From a virus, in UHGV virus genome UHGV-0031292: a stretch of 39,344 nt of DNA; one strand, given 5' to 3'. Position 1 is the stretch's first letter. Each line of letters starts with the position of its first letter. Below are positions 17,366 to 27,155 of the stretch, one piece after another. Both the position numbers and the translations under genes were made by a program. Under the pieces are notes generated by a model that worked only from the letters and a program-made list of their open reading frames with translations, did no database searches and had not been told where the DNA came from.

Positions 17366-17658
17366 CAGATTACGAAGACGATCAACTGAAAGAAGAAAAC
17401 GCCCGTAAGCAACGTGACATGGCACAGCGTGAAATTGATGACATTCGCTTTGTCATGAGCAGTGAACAGGGGCGTCGCGTTGTCTGGTCGGTGCTGGAGA
17501 AAGGCCGTGTGTTTTCCGCTATCTCACCGATGGACGCTATGGCAATGGCATTTAATGAGGGGCAACGCAATCTGGCGCTGGAACTGTTTCAGCGCGTTAT
17601 GGCGCATTGCCCTGAACAGTATTTGAAGATGGCCAAAGAGGCCAGTGAACAGGAGTGA
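17362..17658 (+). CDS. Hypothetical head-associated protein
   Basis: 98-aa ORF overlapping the portal stop (ATGA). Confidence 0.5.
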   Translation: MTDYEDDQLKEENARKQRDMAQREIDDIRFVMSSEQGRRVVWSVLEKGRVFSAISPMDAMAMAFNEGQRNLALELFQRVMAHCPEQYLKMAKEASEQE

Positions 17659-17660
17659 TC

Positions 17661-18347
17661 ATGAATTTATTTGAGCGTTTGCTGTATAGCCGTCTTTGCA
17701 ATGAGCAACCAGTCGATGGTGGAGCAGCTCCGGCTGCGTCAGCGCCTGCAGGTGATAACCCTGCTCCAGTTGGTGATCCATCACAACAGGAAGGTGATAA
17801 GCCACAACCTGTTGCTGATGGCGATAAACCTGCTGATGACAAAAAGCCTGAAAACGATAAGCAGGATGAAAAAAAGGACGGCGATAAACCAGAGGGTGCG
17901 CCTGAGAAGTACGAGTTTCAGGCTGCCGAAGGCGTAGAGCTGGATACAGAAGCGTTGAAGGAATTCGAGCCGGTGGCGCGAGAACTTAACCTGACCAACG
18001 AGCAAGCGCAAAAGCTGGTTGATGCTTATCCGAAGATTCTGGCAGGTGTTCAGCAGCGCCAGGCAGAAGCCTGGCAGAAAACAACCGAGCAGTGGGCTGC
18101 GGATGTAAAAGCTGACAAAGAAATCGGTGGCGACAAGTTGATTTCTAACCTTAGCGCCGCACAGCGTGCGCTTGACCAGTTCGGGACACCTGAACTCAAA
18201 GAATATCTGAACACCACCGGGCTGGGTAATCACCCTGATCTGGTCAAAACGTTCGTGAAAATCGGAAAGGCGATGTCTGAAGATGGCATGGTCACCGGTG
18301 GTAATGAAGGCCAGCGTAGTGCGGCCGAAGTGCTCTATGGCAAATAA
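17661..18347 (+). CDS. Scaffolding protein (putative)
   Basis: Acidic, Ala/Pro/Lys-rich, low-complexity protein just upstream of the major capsid gene; start MNLFERL after AGGAG. Confidence 0.55.
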   Translation: MNLFERLLYSRLCNEQPVDGGAAPAASAPAGDNPAPVGDPSQQEGDKPQPVADGDKPADDKKPENDKQDEKKDGDKPEGAPEKYEFQAAEGVELDTEALKEFEPVARELNLTNEQAQKLVDAYPKILAGVQQRQAEAWQKTTEQWAADVKADKEIGGDKLISNLSAAQRALDQFGTPELKEYLNTTGLGNHPDLVKTFVKIGKAMSEDGMVTGGNEGQRSAAEVLYGK

Positions 18348-18361
18348 GAGAGGAAATGACA

Positions 18362-19348
18362 ATGGCTGTTAAAGGCTTAACTGCGCTAACGCTGGCTGAC
18401 TGGGGTAAGCGCGTCGATCCAAACGGGAAAGTCGATAAGATTATCGAGCTTCTCGGTCAAACTAACCCGATCCTTCAGGATATGCCTTTTGTCGAAGGGA
18501 ACCTTCCTACCGGACACCGAACCACCATTCGTTCTGGTTTACCTTCAGCTACCTGGCGTTTGCTGAACTATGGCGTACAGCCAAGCAAATCAACCACAGT
18601 GCAGGTAACCGATTCCGTTGGCATGCTGGAAACCTATGCTGAAGTCGATAAATCACTGGCTGATCTGAACGGCAATACCGCTGAATTCCGCCTGTCTGAA
18701 GACCGCGCATTTATTGAAGCGATGAATCAGCAGATGGCGCAGACGCTGTTTTATGGTGATTCCAGCGTTAACCCTCAGCAGTTTATGGGACTGTCCTCCC
18801 GCTATTCCAGCCTGTCTGCGGGTAATGCTCAGAACATCATTGATGCTGGTGGCACGGGTACAGATAACACCTCAATCTGGTTAGTGGTGTGGGGCGAAAA
18901 CACCGTGCATGGCATCTTCCCGAAAGGGAAGAAGGCTGGCATCCAGATGGAAGATAAAGGCCAGGTGACACTGGAAGATGCGAATGGCGGCAAGTACGAA
19001 GGCTACCGTACCCATTACAAATGGGACAACGGACTTGCTCTGCGTGACTGGCGTTATGTTGTTCGCATTGCAAATATCGATGTCAGCAATCTTTCAGAAC
19101 CTTCCTCTGCCGCAAATATTGCGAAGTTGATGGTTAAAGCACTGCATCGCATTCCAAACCGTGGCATGGGCCGCCCGGTGTTCTACATGAACCGCACTGT
19201 AGGCCAGGCTCTTGATCTGCAGTCTCTGGAGAAAACATCTCTGGCGATTAGCGTAAAAGAGACTGAAGGCGAGTGGTGGACGTCATTCCGTGGTGTACCA
19301 ATCCGTGAAACTGATGCGCTTCTGGAAACAGAAGCCCGCGTGGTGTAA
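18362..19348 (+). CDS. Major capsid protein
   Basis: About 330-aa ORF after the scaffold with a strong ribosome-binding site (AGAGAGG); position typical of the major head protein. Confidence 0.75.
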   Translation: MAVKGLTALTLADWGKRVDPNGKVDKIIELLGQTNPILQDMPFVEGNLPTGHRTTIRSGLPSATWRLLNYGVQPSKSTTVQVTDSVGMLETYAEVDKSLADLNGNTAEFRLSEDRAFIEAMNQQMAQTLFYGDSSVNPQQFMGLSSRYSSLSAGNAQNIIDAGGTGTDNTSIWLVVWGENTVHGIFPKGKKAGIQMEDKGQVTLEDANGGKYEGYRTHYKWDNGLALRDWRYVVRIANIDVSNLSEPSSAANIAKLMVKALHRIPNRGMGRPVFYMNRTVGQALDLQSLEKTSLAISVKETEGEWWTSFRGVPIRETDALLETEARVV

Positions 19349-19399
19349 CGCCTGTTATTAACCTGTGGGTCGTAACAGACCCACTAATGGAGAAAGAAG

Positions 19400-19837
19400 A
19401 TGATCACCGACAAACTGTTGATGTTCTCCGAAGCACAGGCGGTTACGAATACCGCGGCTTCTACTGACGTAATCGATCTCGGTCCAATTGACGGAAAACG
19501 TCGTGATATCGGCGTTGGTTACCCGCTTGAGTTTTGGGCGCTGGTTAACACAGCCGCCGCGGCAAGCGGTGATGCAACTGTAAACATCCAGTTGCAGACG
19601 AGTGAGAATAACAGCTCATGGACCACTATTTATGATAGTGGCGCACTGGCAAAGACCGCCATGACAGCAGGTAAACGAGTTGTTTCTGCAAAGGTGCCTG
19701 CCGGTGTTCAGCGATATCTGCGTGTTAACTACTCCGTCGCAACTGGCCCACTAACGGCTGGCGAATTCACTGCTGGTATCAGTCTTGATGTTGATGCCAA
19801 TACGCCGTATCCGATCCGCTCAAAAGTAACTGGTTAA
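19400..19837 (+). CDS. Capsid-associated (decoration/stapling-like) protein, putative
   Basis: 145-aa ORF immediately after the capsid gene; GGAGAAAG ribosome-binding site. Confidence 0.45.
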   Translation: MITDKLLMFSEAQAVTNTAASTDVIDLGPIDGKRRDIGVGYPLEFWALVNTAAAASGDATVNIQLQTSENNSSWTTIYDSGALAKTAMTAGKRVVSAKVPAGVQRYLRVNYSVATGPLTAGEFTAGISLDVDANTPYPIRSKVTG

Positions 19838-19847
19838 GGTGATATCG

Positions 19848-20183
19848 ATGTCAGGTGAGAAACCAAGATACCGCGTTCTGCGCCTCTCTCATATCCATAA
19901 CACTCTGTGGCCGGAGGGGGCAGAAATCGAATACGAAGGTGAGCCTGGTAGCGCACTGGAACCTGTTAACGATGCAGCCAGACAGGCAAAAGCAAAGGTA
20001 GCAGGAAAGGTGTCAATGGCAGCAACCAGCACCAAAATCATCAACGATGTGTCAGATGATGGTGAGCTGGATAAGCTCCGTGAAGAGTACGAATTGCTCT
20101 TTAACGAGAAGCCACACCATAACGCCAAAGCCGAAACGCTCCGCGAGAAGATCGCAGATAAGCGTAAAGAACTGGGCGTGTAA
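19848..20183 (+). CDS. Hypothetical virion-module protein
   Basis: Start MSGEKPRY after AAGGTGA; followed by terminator. Confidence 0.45.
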   Translation: MSGEKPRYRVLRLSHIHNTLWPEGAEIEYEGEPGSALEPVNDAARQAKAKVAGKVSMAATSTKIINDVSDDGELDKLREEYELLFNEKPHHNAKAETLREKIADKRKELGV

Positions 20184-20200
20184 GCCTCGCGGATCAGACA

Positions 20201-20222
20201 AGGGGCTTCGGCCCCTTTATTG
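20201..20222 (+). terminator. Intrinsic terminator (AGGGGC-TTCG-GCCCCT plus TTATT) inside the structural gene cluster
   Basis: Perfect 6-bp stem with tetraloop, T-rich tail. Confidence 0.5.
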
Positions 20223-20233
20223 CAGGAGTGTAT

Positions 20234-20557
20234 ATGGAACTCGTAAACCTCAAAACCGGCACTGACAGCTACCAGGATGAGAGCGGAGAAACCAGAACTC
20301 GCGATGAATACCCGTGGGGGCTGTGCATCACTCTTAATAACGACACATTGAATAAGCTGAAGGCGCAACCTAAGGGCGTCGGAACGGAAGTGATGATAAC
20401 TGCAAAGGCTGTTATTCGAGGCCTGTCTGCCAGAGAAACTAACGATGGCGTTAATCGCAGCGCCGATCTGCAGATCACTGATATGGCGATCGCTCCTGTT
20501 TCCGGGGATGTAGAAAAATCAGCGGCTGAAACTCTGTACGGTAACGGAGGTGAGTGA
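20234..20557 (+). CDS. Hypothetical virion-module protein
   Basis: Start MELVNLK after AGGAG; 108 aa. Confidence 0.45.
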   Translation: MELVNLKTGTDSYQDESGETRTRDEYPWGLCITLNNDTLNKLKAQPKGVGTEVMITAKAVIRGLSARETNDGVNRSADLQITDMAIAPVSGDVEKSAAETLYGNGGE

Positions 20558-21162
20558 TGGCCTCTGTAGTAGAGATCTGTAATCGTGCGCTGTCCAATAT
20601 TGGCAACAGCCGCAGCATTAACAGCCTGACGGAAGCCAGCAAGGAAGCGGGGGAATGTTCGCTGCACTTTGAGGCCTGCCGTGATGCTGTGCTTTCTGAT
20701 TTTGACTGGAACTTTGCTACCAAACGCGTGGCGCTTGCAGATACGAGCAATCCACCGCCTGACTGGGAATATGCGTACCAGTACCCGTCCGATTGTCTGC
20801 GCATTACTGAAATTATGCTTCCTGGTGTACGCAATCCAACAGCAGCAATGCGCGTTCAGTACGAAGTTGGTGCAGACACCGACGGAACAGGAAAGTTGAT
20901 CTACACAGACCAGCCGCAGGCATGGCTCAAGTATGTCTCTCGCGTTTCAGATGTGAACATGTTTGATGCCATTTTTATGGAGGCGTTGGCCTGGCGTCTT
21001 GCGGCAGCCATTAACATGGCGCTGACTGGGAATGCGGATCTCGGTACATTTGCTCTCAATATGTACAATCGCGTGATTCTTAGTGCTGGCTCGCATAGCC
21101 AGAATGAATCACAGGAACCACAGCCACCGGTTGACGAGTTTACCATTGCGAGGTTGTCCTGA
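20557..21162 (+). CDS. Tail tubular protein A-like (putative adaptor)
   Basis: About 200-aa ORF directly upstream of an 823-aa tail protein, matching T7-like gp11/gp12 order and size. Confidence 0.45.
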   Translation: MASVVEICNRALSNIGNSRSINSLTEASKEAGECSLHFEACRDAVLSDFDWNFATKRVALADTSNPPPDWEYAYQYPSDCLRITEIMLPGVRNPTAAMRVQYEVGADTDGTGKLIYTDQPQAWLKYVSRVSDVNMFDAIFMEALAWRLAAAINMALTGNADLGTFALNMYNRVILSAGSHSQNESQEPQPPVDEFTIARLS

Positions 21163-23633
21163 TGGCTATCAGTTGGATCCAGCCCAGCTTTGCCGGTGGT
21201 GAGATTGGACCGTCGTTGTACGGTCGTATCGACATGGCGAAGTACCAGGTGGCATTGCGCAAGTGCGATAACTTTATCGTGCGGCAGTATGGCGGCGTTG
21301 AGAATCGACCTGGTACGCGTTTTGTCGGTGCCGCCAAATACCCAAATCGGAAATGCCGCCTGATCCCGTTCCAGTTCTCGACTGTTCAGACCTATGCTCT
21401 GGAGTTCGGACACCAGTACATGCGCGTTATCAAAGATGGTGCGTTGGTGCTGAACAGCAGCAATGTTATTTATGAAATTGCCACGCCATATACTGAAGCC
21501 GATCTATTCCGAATTAAATTCACGCAAAGCGCAGACGTTCTTACGCTGGTTCATCCGGCATACCCGCCGAAAGAGTTGCGCCGCTATGCGCATGACAACT
21601 GGCAACTGGTTGATGTGGTAACGAAGAACGGGCCATTTGAAGATATCAATATTGACGAGTCAGTGACGGTTTATGCCAGCGCCAGCACCGGGACAATTAC
21701 GTTAACGGCAAGCGCCTCTATTTTTGGCGCGGAGCAGGTAGGCAAATTGTTCTATCTGGAACAGCCAGCAGTGGATTCAGTACCGGTATGGGAAACCAGT
21801 AAGAGTACGTCGATTGGCGATATTCGCCGTGCAGACAGTAACTACTATCGCGCCGTTACAGCAGGCAAAACAGGCACTTTGCGCCCTTCGCATACAGAAG
21901 GCACATCATGGGATGGCTGGGGCGGCTCCGGTGATGATGATACTGGCATTGAGTGGGAGTATCTGCACAGTGGTTTTGGCATTGCCCGTATAACTGCTGT
22001 AAATGGCACTACTGCAACTGCTGAGGTGATTTCCTATATCCCTTCGCAGGTCGTTGGCGAGGATAATGCCAGCTATAAATGGGCTAAATATGCCTGGAAC
22101 AGTGTTAATGGTTATCCTGGCACTGTTGTTTATTATCAACAGCGTCTTTACTTCGCCGCATCGACTGCGTTCCCTCAGACTATCTGGGCCAGCCGTACTG
22201 GGGATTATAAGGATTTTGGCAAAAGCAATCCTACGCAGGATGACGACAGAATTATCTACACCTATGCCGGGCGTCAGGTTAATGAGATCCGTCACCTGAT
22301 TGATGTTGGTTCGCTGGTGGCACTGACTTCCGGAGGTGAGTACGTCATCACCGGCGACCAGAACAAAGTGTTAACCCCATCATCATTTGCATTCAGCTCT
22401 CAGGGATCAAATGGCTCGAGCAATGTCCCACCAATTGCCGTGGCGAATATTGCTCTGTTCGTCCAGGAGAAAGGCAGTGTTGTCCGTGATCTGGCCTACT
22501 CATTCGATGTTGACGGCTATCAGGGGAACGACCTGACCATCCTTGCCAATCATCTTTTTCAGAAGCACAGCATTGTTGACTGGTGCTTCTCTATTGTCCC
22601 TTACTCCAGCGCCTTCTGCATTCGTGATGACGGTAAATTACTGGTGATGACCTATTTGCGTGATCAGCAGGTTTTTGCATGGGCACCACAATCCAGTACC
22701 GGAAAATATGAAAGCACATGCAGTATCAGCGAAAAAAATGAAGATGCGGTGTATTTCGTCGTTAACCGAACCGTTAACGGGCAAACAGTGAGATACATCG
22801 AGCGACTGTCCAGCCGTTTATTTACCAGCGATGAAGATGCTTTCTTTGTTGATTCTGGCCTTAGCTATGATGGAAGAAATACGTCTGACAGAACGATGAC
22901 CATCACTGGTGGTTCTGGAGAATGGGATTACCGCGCGGAATATACAATCAGTATTTCTGGTGGTGCGTACTTCACCAGTAGTGATGTCGGTGCGCAACTA
23001 CAGTTCCCTTATATCGGAACTGATCCTGGTACTGGCGATGAAGTGTCAAAAGAATTACGTTGCGACATTATTTCTATAACCAGCAACACCGCTGTAGTGG
23101 TTCGTGCTAACAGGAACGTCCCGCCATCCCTCATGAATGTGGCCACCACGAACTGGCAGATGGCGCGCCGGACATTTGGAGGCCTGTCTCATCTTGAAGG
23201 CCAGACCGTAAACATTCTCTCTGATGCGAACGTGGAACCACAGAAAGTGGTTTCCGGAGGTGCCGTCACGCTGGAATCACCGGGGGCTGTTGTGCACATC
23301 GGCCTGCCAATAACTGCTGAATTCGAAACACTGGATATCAACATTAACGGACAGGAAACGCTGCTGGACAAAAAACAGGTGATCCCGTCCGTTACTCTGG
23401 TTGTGAATGCCAGTCGCGGCATCTGGGCGACTACGCCCGGCGGTAAATGGTACGAATATCCACAGCGTGAATTCGAGTTCTACGATGATCCTGTTGATGA
23501 CGCTACCGGAAAAGTAGAAGTGAAACTGGACAGTAACTGGGGCAAAAACGGACGTGTAAGAATCCGTCAGCTTGACCCGTTGCCGCTGTCTGTTCTTGCC
23601 GTTATTCCTCGCCTTACTGTTGGGGGGTTCTGA
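21162..23633 (+). CDS. Tail tubular protein B-like / major tail (nozzle) protein
   Basis: 823-aa ORF, translationally coupled upstream and downstream. Confidence 0.55.
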   Translation: MAISWIQPSFAGGEIGPSLYGRIDMAKYQVALRKCDNFIVRQYGGVENRPGTRFVGAAKYPNRKCRLIPFQFSTVQTYALEFGHQYMRVIKDGALVLNSSNVIYEIATPYTEADLFRIKFTQSADVLTLVHPAYPPKELRRYAHDNWQLVDVVTKNGPFEDINIDESVTVYASASTGTITLTASASIFGAEQVGKLFYLEQPAVDSVPVWETSKSTSIGDIRRADSNYYRAVTAGKTGTLRPSHTEGTSWDGWGGSGDDDTGIEWEYLHSGFGIARITAVNGTTATAEVISYIPSQVVGEDNASYKWAKYAWNSVNGYPGTVVYYQQRLYFAASTAFPQTIWASRTGDYKDFGKSNPTQDDDRIIYTYAGRQVNEIRHLIDVGSLVALTSGGEYVITGDQNKVLTPSSFAFSSQGSNGSSNVPPIAVANIALFVQEKGSVVRDLAYSFDVDGYQGNDLTILANHLFQKHSIVDWCFSIVPYSSAFCIRDDGKLLVMTYLRDQQVFAWAPQSSTGKYESTCSISEKNEDAVYFVVNRTVNGQTVRYIERLSSRLFTSDEDAFFVDSGLSYDGRNTSDRTMTITGGSGEWDYRAEYTISISGGAYFTSSDVGAQLQFPYIGTDPGTGDEVSKELRCDIISITSNTAVVVRANRNVPPSLMNVATTNWQMARRTFGGLSHLEGQTVNILSDANVEPQKVVSGGAVTLESPGAVVHIGLPITAEFETLDININGQETLLDKKQVIPSVTLVVNASRGIWATTPGGKWYEYPQREFEFYDDPVDDATGKVEVKLDSNWGKNGRVRIRQLDPLPLSVLAVIPRLTVGGF

Positions 23634-24097
23634 TGATCGATGTTCGAATTATTCCCGCTACCGAAGAGCATCTTCAGATGATTTTGCCGGATGTTCGTCA
23701 GGCTGATATTGACGAACTGTATGCGGTATCGCTGATGACTACCGAAGATGCGCTGCGTGTTGGTCTTCGCACTGCGACTATGGCCTGGTCAGGATTTGCG
23801 AACGGAGAACTGGTAACCATGTTTGGCGTATCTCCGGCGTCAATGATCGGTGGCAATGGTACGCCCTGGCTGGTAGGAACCAGCCGTATTGAAAAATATC
23901 AGAAGACATTTCTTCGCCACTGCCGCCCTGTATTGCAGAAGATGCTGGCAGTTTATCCGCGCCTGGAAAACTACGTCGACGAGCGAAACCATGTTGCCAA
24001 AGCATGGCTGCACTGGCTTGGATTCAGGCTTGAAGAAGCCGCGCCTTATGGTGCTCTTGGTCTTAATTTCCACAGATTTCACATGGAGAGAAAATAA
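23633..24097 (+). CDS. Internal virion protein (putative)
   Basis: 154-aa ORF coupled between tail and internal-protein genes. Confidence 0.4.
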   Translation: MIDVRIIPATEEHLQMILPDVRQADIDELYAVSLMTTEDALRVGLRTATMAWSGFANGELVTMFGVSPASMIGGNGTPWLVGTSRIEKYQKTFLRHCRPVLQKMLAVYPRLENYVDERNHVAKAWLHWLGFRLEEAAPYGALGLNFHRFHMERK

Positions 24098-24642
24098 TGT
24101 GCGATCCGGTTATTGCTGGTGGCGCAATGCTCGCCATGAGTGGCATTCAGGCATACACCCAGTACCAACAGGGAAAGTATGCCTCGAAGGTTGCAGAAGC
24201 GAACGCAGATATAGCCACTGCTCAGGCAAATGATGCAATAAACAGAGGTAACGCTGAAGCTGAGCAACGGCGCAGAGAGACCCGACAGCGGCTTGGTACA
24301 CAGGCGGCGACAATGGGGGCTACCGGCGCTGATTTATCTACAGGTAACGCGCTGGATATATTTGGCGACACTGCCCAGTTTGGCGCTCTTGATTCGCTAA
24401 CGACGGTGAATAACGCGCAACGCGAGGCTTACGGTTATCAGGTTCAGGCTGCTAACTATAAAGCAGAAGCCAGTTCAGCCCGTAAACAGGGGAATGTGGG
24501 AGCAGCAACAACATTGCTCACTGCGCCTCTGAAGGCATACGGTGCGTACCAGATGTTTGGTGGGACGTGGAGTCCGTTTACTCAAAGCACTCCTGCGCCA
24601 ATCGGGGCAGCAGCAGGAACCAGATTACCCGGAGGATTATAA
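24097..24642 (+). CDS. Internal virion protein (Ala/Gln-rich, putative ejection protein)
   Basis: 181-aa ORF; low-complexity composition typical of podovirus internal core proteins. Confidence 0.45.
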   Translation: MCDPVIAGGAMLAMSGIQAYTQYQQGKYASKVAEANADIATAQANDAINRGNAEAEQRRRETRQRLGTQAATMGATGADLSTGNALDIFGDTAQFGALDSLTTVNNAQREAYGYQVQAANYKAEASSARKQGNVGAATTLLTAPLKAYGAYQMFGGTWSPFTQSTPAPIGAAAGTRLPGGL

Positions 24643-27155
24643 TGCCAGTCGTACCAACAGTATCCGGACGTCAGGTTGAGAGCCGTGGAGTTCAGTCAGC
24701 AGGCTTGCAGACGTTTTCTCAGCCAGGTATTGGTGATGCTTTTGTTCGGGCAGGGGCAGAGGCAATTGATGTTTTTGGTCAGGCAAAGCAGCGTGCCAAT
24801 ATCGCTCTGGCTCAGGAGGCATCTCTTAACCTCAGTCAGATAAGCAGCGATCTGCTGAATAACCCTGAAACAGGTTTGCTTAACCTGAAAGGGAAAAATG
24901 CTATTGGAAAAGGTCAGGAGTATACGCAGCAGTTTGATGCCCAGGTCGAGCAACTGGCTATGTCGCTGCCGGATGAACAGGCTCGTAATGCTTTCATGCA
25001 GCAGGCGCAGCAGCAGCGCATTCAGTTCACTACACAGGCCGGGCGGCACGAGATAGGGCAAATAAATGCATACGAAGAAGGCCAGTTTCAGGCTACGCTG
25101 CTGAACAATGGTAAAAATGCCGCAGCATTGTATGGCGACAACGCCGCATACGTATTGGCTAATAAGCAAACTTTCCAGCAAATTGAGGATTACGGCATTG
25201 CGCATGGCTGGAGCGACGAGCAAATCCAGGCCAAGAAAGTCGAGTTTAAAGAGAAGGTTGCTGATGCTGCATTGTCACAGTGGTCGGCAAACAATGCGAC
25301 CGCATTCATCCAAAGTAATGGCGAATTAAGTGATACTGCTTCTGGAGCTCGCCGTTCTGTAGCAGATAGTGGCTCTTCCGAGCGTGTCCGTGGCATACGC
25401 AACAATAACCCCGGAAATCTCGAATACAGCAAAACTAATCCGTGGGTAGGCCAGACCGGTGATGATGGTCGATTTGCTAAATTCGAAACACCTGAACACG
25501 GGATTCGTGCATTAGGGCGGAACCTGATGTCGTATCAGAGGCAGGGTATTGATACCGTCAGCGAGATAATTAATCGCTGGGCACCGCCTACTGATAAAAA
25601 TGACACTATGTCGTATATCAAAGCAGTGTGCGAACAACTTGGCGTTTCTGCTGATGAGCCTCTCGATGCATCTAATCCTGATACCCTGAAGGCGCTTTGT
25701 GCAGCCATTATCCATCATGAGAACGGTAGCCAGCCATACAGTGATCAGCAGTTAACTGCTGGTGTCAGTGCAGCACTTGGTTTATCAACAATTCCAACCA
25801 ACACCAAACGCTATACCGGTAATGCAGCATTCGATGCGGCATCTCCTGAGGCGCAGGCAAGTTTTATGCGACAGGCGGATCAACTGCGTCGGCAGCAGCA
25901 GGCTGAATATAAAACGATGATTGACAGCCAGGTTCGCGATGCGACGGCTGCGTATATGCGTGGCGTTGAATTTCCTAACCCACCTGGTGAGGCTGATTTT
26001 ATTGCAGCTTATGGCGTCAGAGAAGGAAACCTGCGATATACCGAGTTCAGAAATACGCAGATCGCCGGACAGTATATAGGCTCTTTCCGCAACATGCCGA
26101 CAAGCAGCATTACAGCATATGTTGAGCAATTACGCCCGGATACTGGTGAGACAGGGGAGGGGTATGCGGCACGCGCAGCTCTTTATGACAACGTTGTTTC
26201 GGCTGCAAATCAGGTGATAAAGCAGCGGCAATCGGATCCTGTGCAGTTCTCTCTTGCCGCCGGACAGGCAAAGCCTATCGACATGAGCAATAAGGATAAC
26301 TTTGGACAGAGCGTTGCCTTGCGTGCCGCTCAGGTCAGTGACCTTGCTAAGTCATATGGCACGCCACTGACGTTCTTTTCCAAAGACGAGGCCAATCAGA
26401 TCGGTGTTTTCTTTCGTGATGCGCCAGTTTCCCAACAGGCAGCATATCTCGATACCATCAGGCAGAGCACTGGTGGTGGGCAGGTGTATATGTCAGCACT
26501 ACAGCAGATCAGTGCCAACGCTCCATCTGCTGCCGTTGCCGGGATACTGATGGATAAGCCTGGTGGTATTTTGGCAGAAAAAAACTGGTTTAATCCTGAT
26601 GTTTCCGTGTCTCCTGAAACCGCAGCGCAGACAATTCTGGCTGGTGCGGCGGCTCGTAAGGGTACTGATGACGCGAAAGGTATTCCGATGCCTAAAGATG
26701 CTGATCTTCGCCTTGAGTTTTCTGACATGGTGAAGGATGCATTTGCTGGTGATGCTCAGGGGGCATCAATGGCATACGAGATCGCAAAGGACTATTACGC
26801 TGGTGTGATGGCGAAAAAAGGCGTGGTGTCAGGCGAAATTGACAATGATATCTGGAAACAGGCTGTTAACGTAGCTACAGGTGGCGTGCATGACTATAAC
26901 GGAATGGGGAATGTTCTTTTGCCGTGGGGAATGTCTGCAGAGCAATTCGATAAGCAGGTTAATCAGGTTTGGAATGAACAAGTTGTTGGCACAGGGATAA
27001 AAACACCGCCTGGTCAGTATGGTTTGCAAAGTTACGGCGATAGTCAGTACCTGGTGAAACTTGGTACTGGTTATCTGCTGAAAGATGATGGTTCTCCCGT
27101 TGTTCTTGATCTGACTCAGAAGCGTCAGAGATTCTCCGGAGATATTCCGCAATGA
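24642..27155 (+). CDS. Large internal virion/ejection protein with putative cell-wall-binding or hydrolase-like domain
   Basis: Start MPVVPTV after GGAGGA (the track's 24567 start is an upstream extension); conserved segment IRNNNPGNLEYSKTNPWVGQ...RFAKFETPEHGIRALGRNL. Confidence 0.55.
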   Translation: MPVVPTVSGRQVESRGVQSAGLQTFSQPGIGDAFVRAGAEAIDVFGQAKQRANIALAQEASLNLSQISSDLLNNPETGLLNLKGKNAIGKGQEYTQQFDAQVEQLAMSLPDEQARNAFMQQAQQQRIQFTTQAGRHEIGQINAYEEGQFQATLLNNGKNAAALYGDNAAYVLANKQTFQQIEDYGIAHGWSDEQIQAKKVEFKEKVADAALSQWSANNATAFIQSNGELSDTASGARRSVADSGSSERVRGIRNNNPGNLEYSKTNPWVGQTGDDGRFAKFETPEHGIRALGRNLMSYQRQGIDTVSEIINRWAPPTDKNDTMSYIKAVCEQLGVSADEPLDASNPDTLKALCAAIIHHENGSQPYSDQQLTAGVSAALGLSTIPTNTKRYTGNAAFDAASPEAQASFMRQADQLRRQQQAEYKTMIDSQVRDATAAYMRGVEFPNPPGEADFIAAYGVREGNLRYTEFRNTQIAGQYIGSFRNMPTSSITAYVEQLRPDTGETGEGYAARAALYDNVVSAANQVIKQRQSDPVQFSLAAGQAKPIDMSNKDNFGQSVALRAAQVSDLAKSYGTPLTFFSKDEANQIGVFFRDAPVSQQAAYLDTIRQSTGGGQVYMSALQQISANAPSAAVAGILMDKPGGILAEKNWFNPDVSVSPETAAQTILAGAAARKGTDDAKGIPMPKDADLRLEFSDMVKDAFAGDAQGASMAYEIAKDYYAGVMAKKGVVSGEIDNDIWKQAVNVATGGVHDYNGMGNVLLPWGMSAEQFDKQVNQVWNEQVVGTGIKTPPGQYGLQSYGDSQYLVKLGTGYLLKDDGSPVVLDLTQKRQRFSGDIPQ

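Noticed and set aside
24567-24641. Upstream extension of the 862-aa ORF overlapping the previous gene
   Set aside because: A start at 24642 has a GGAGGA ribosome-binding site and overlaps the upstream stop as in neighbouring coupled genes; the longer form overlaps the preceding gene by 75 nt.
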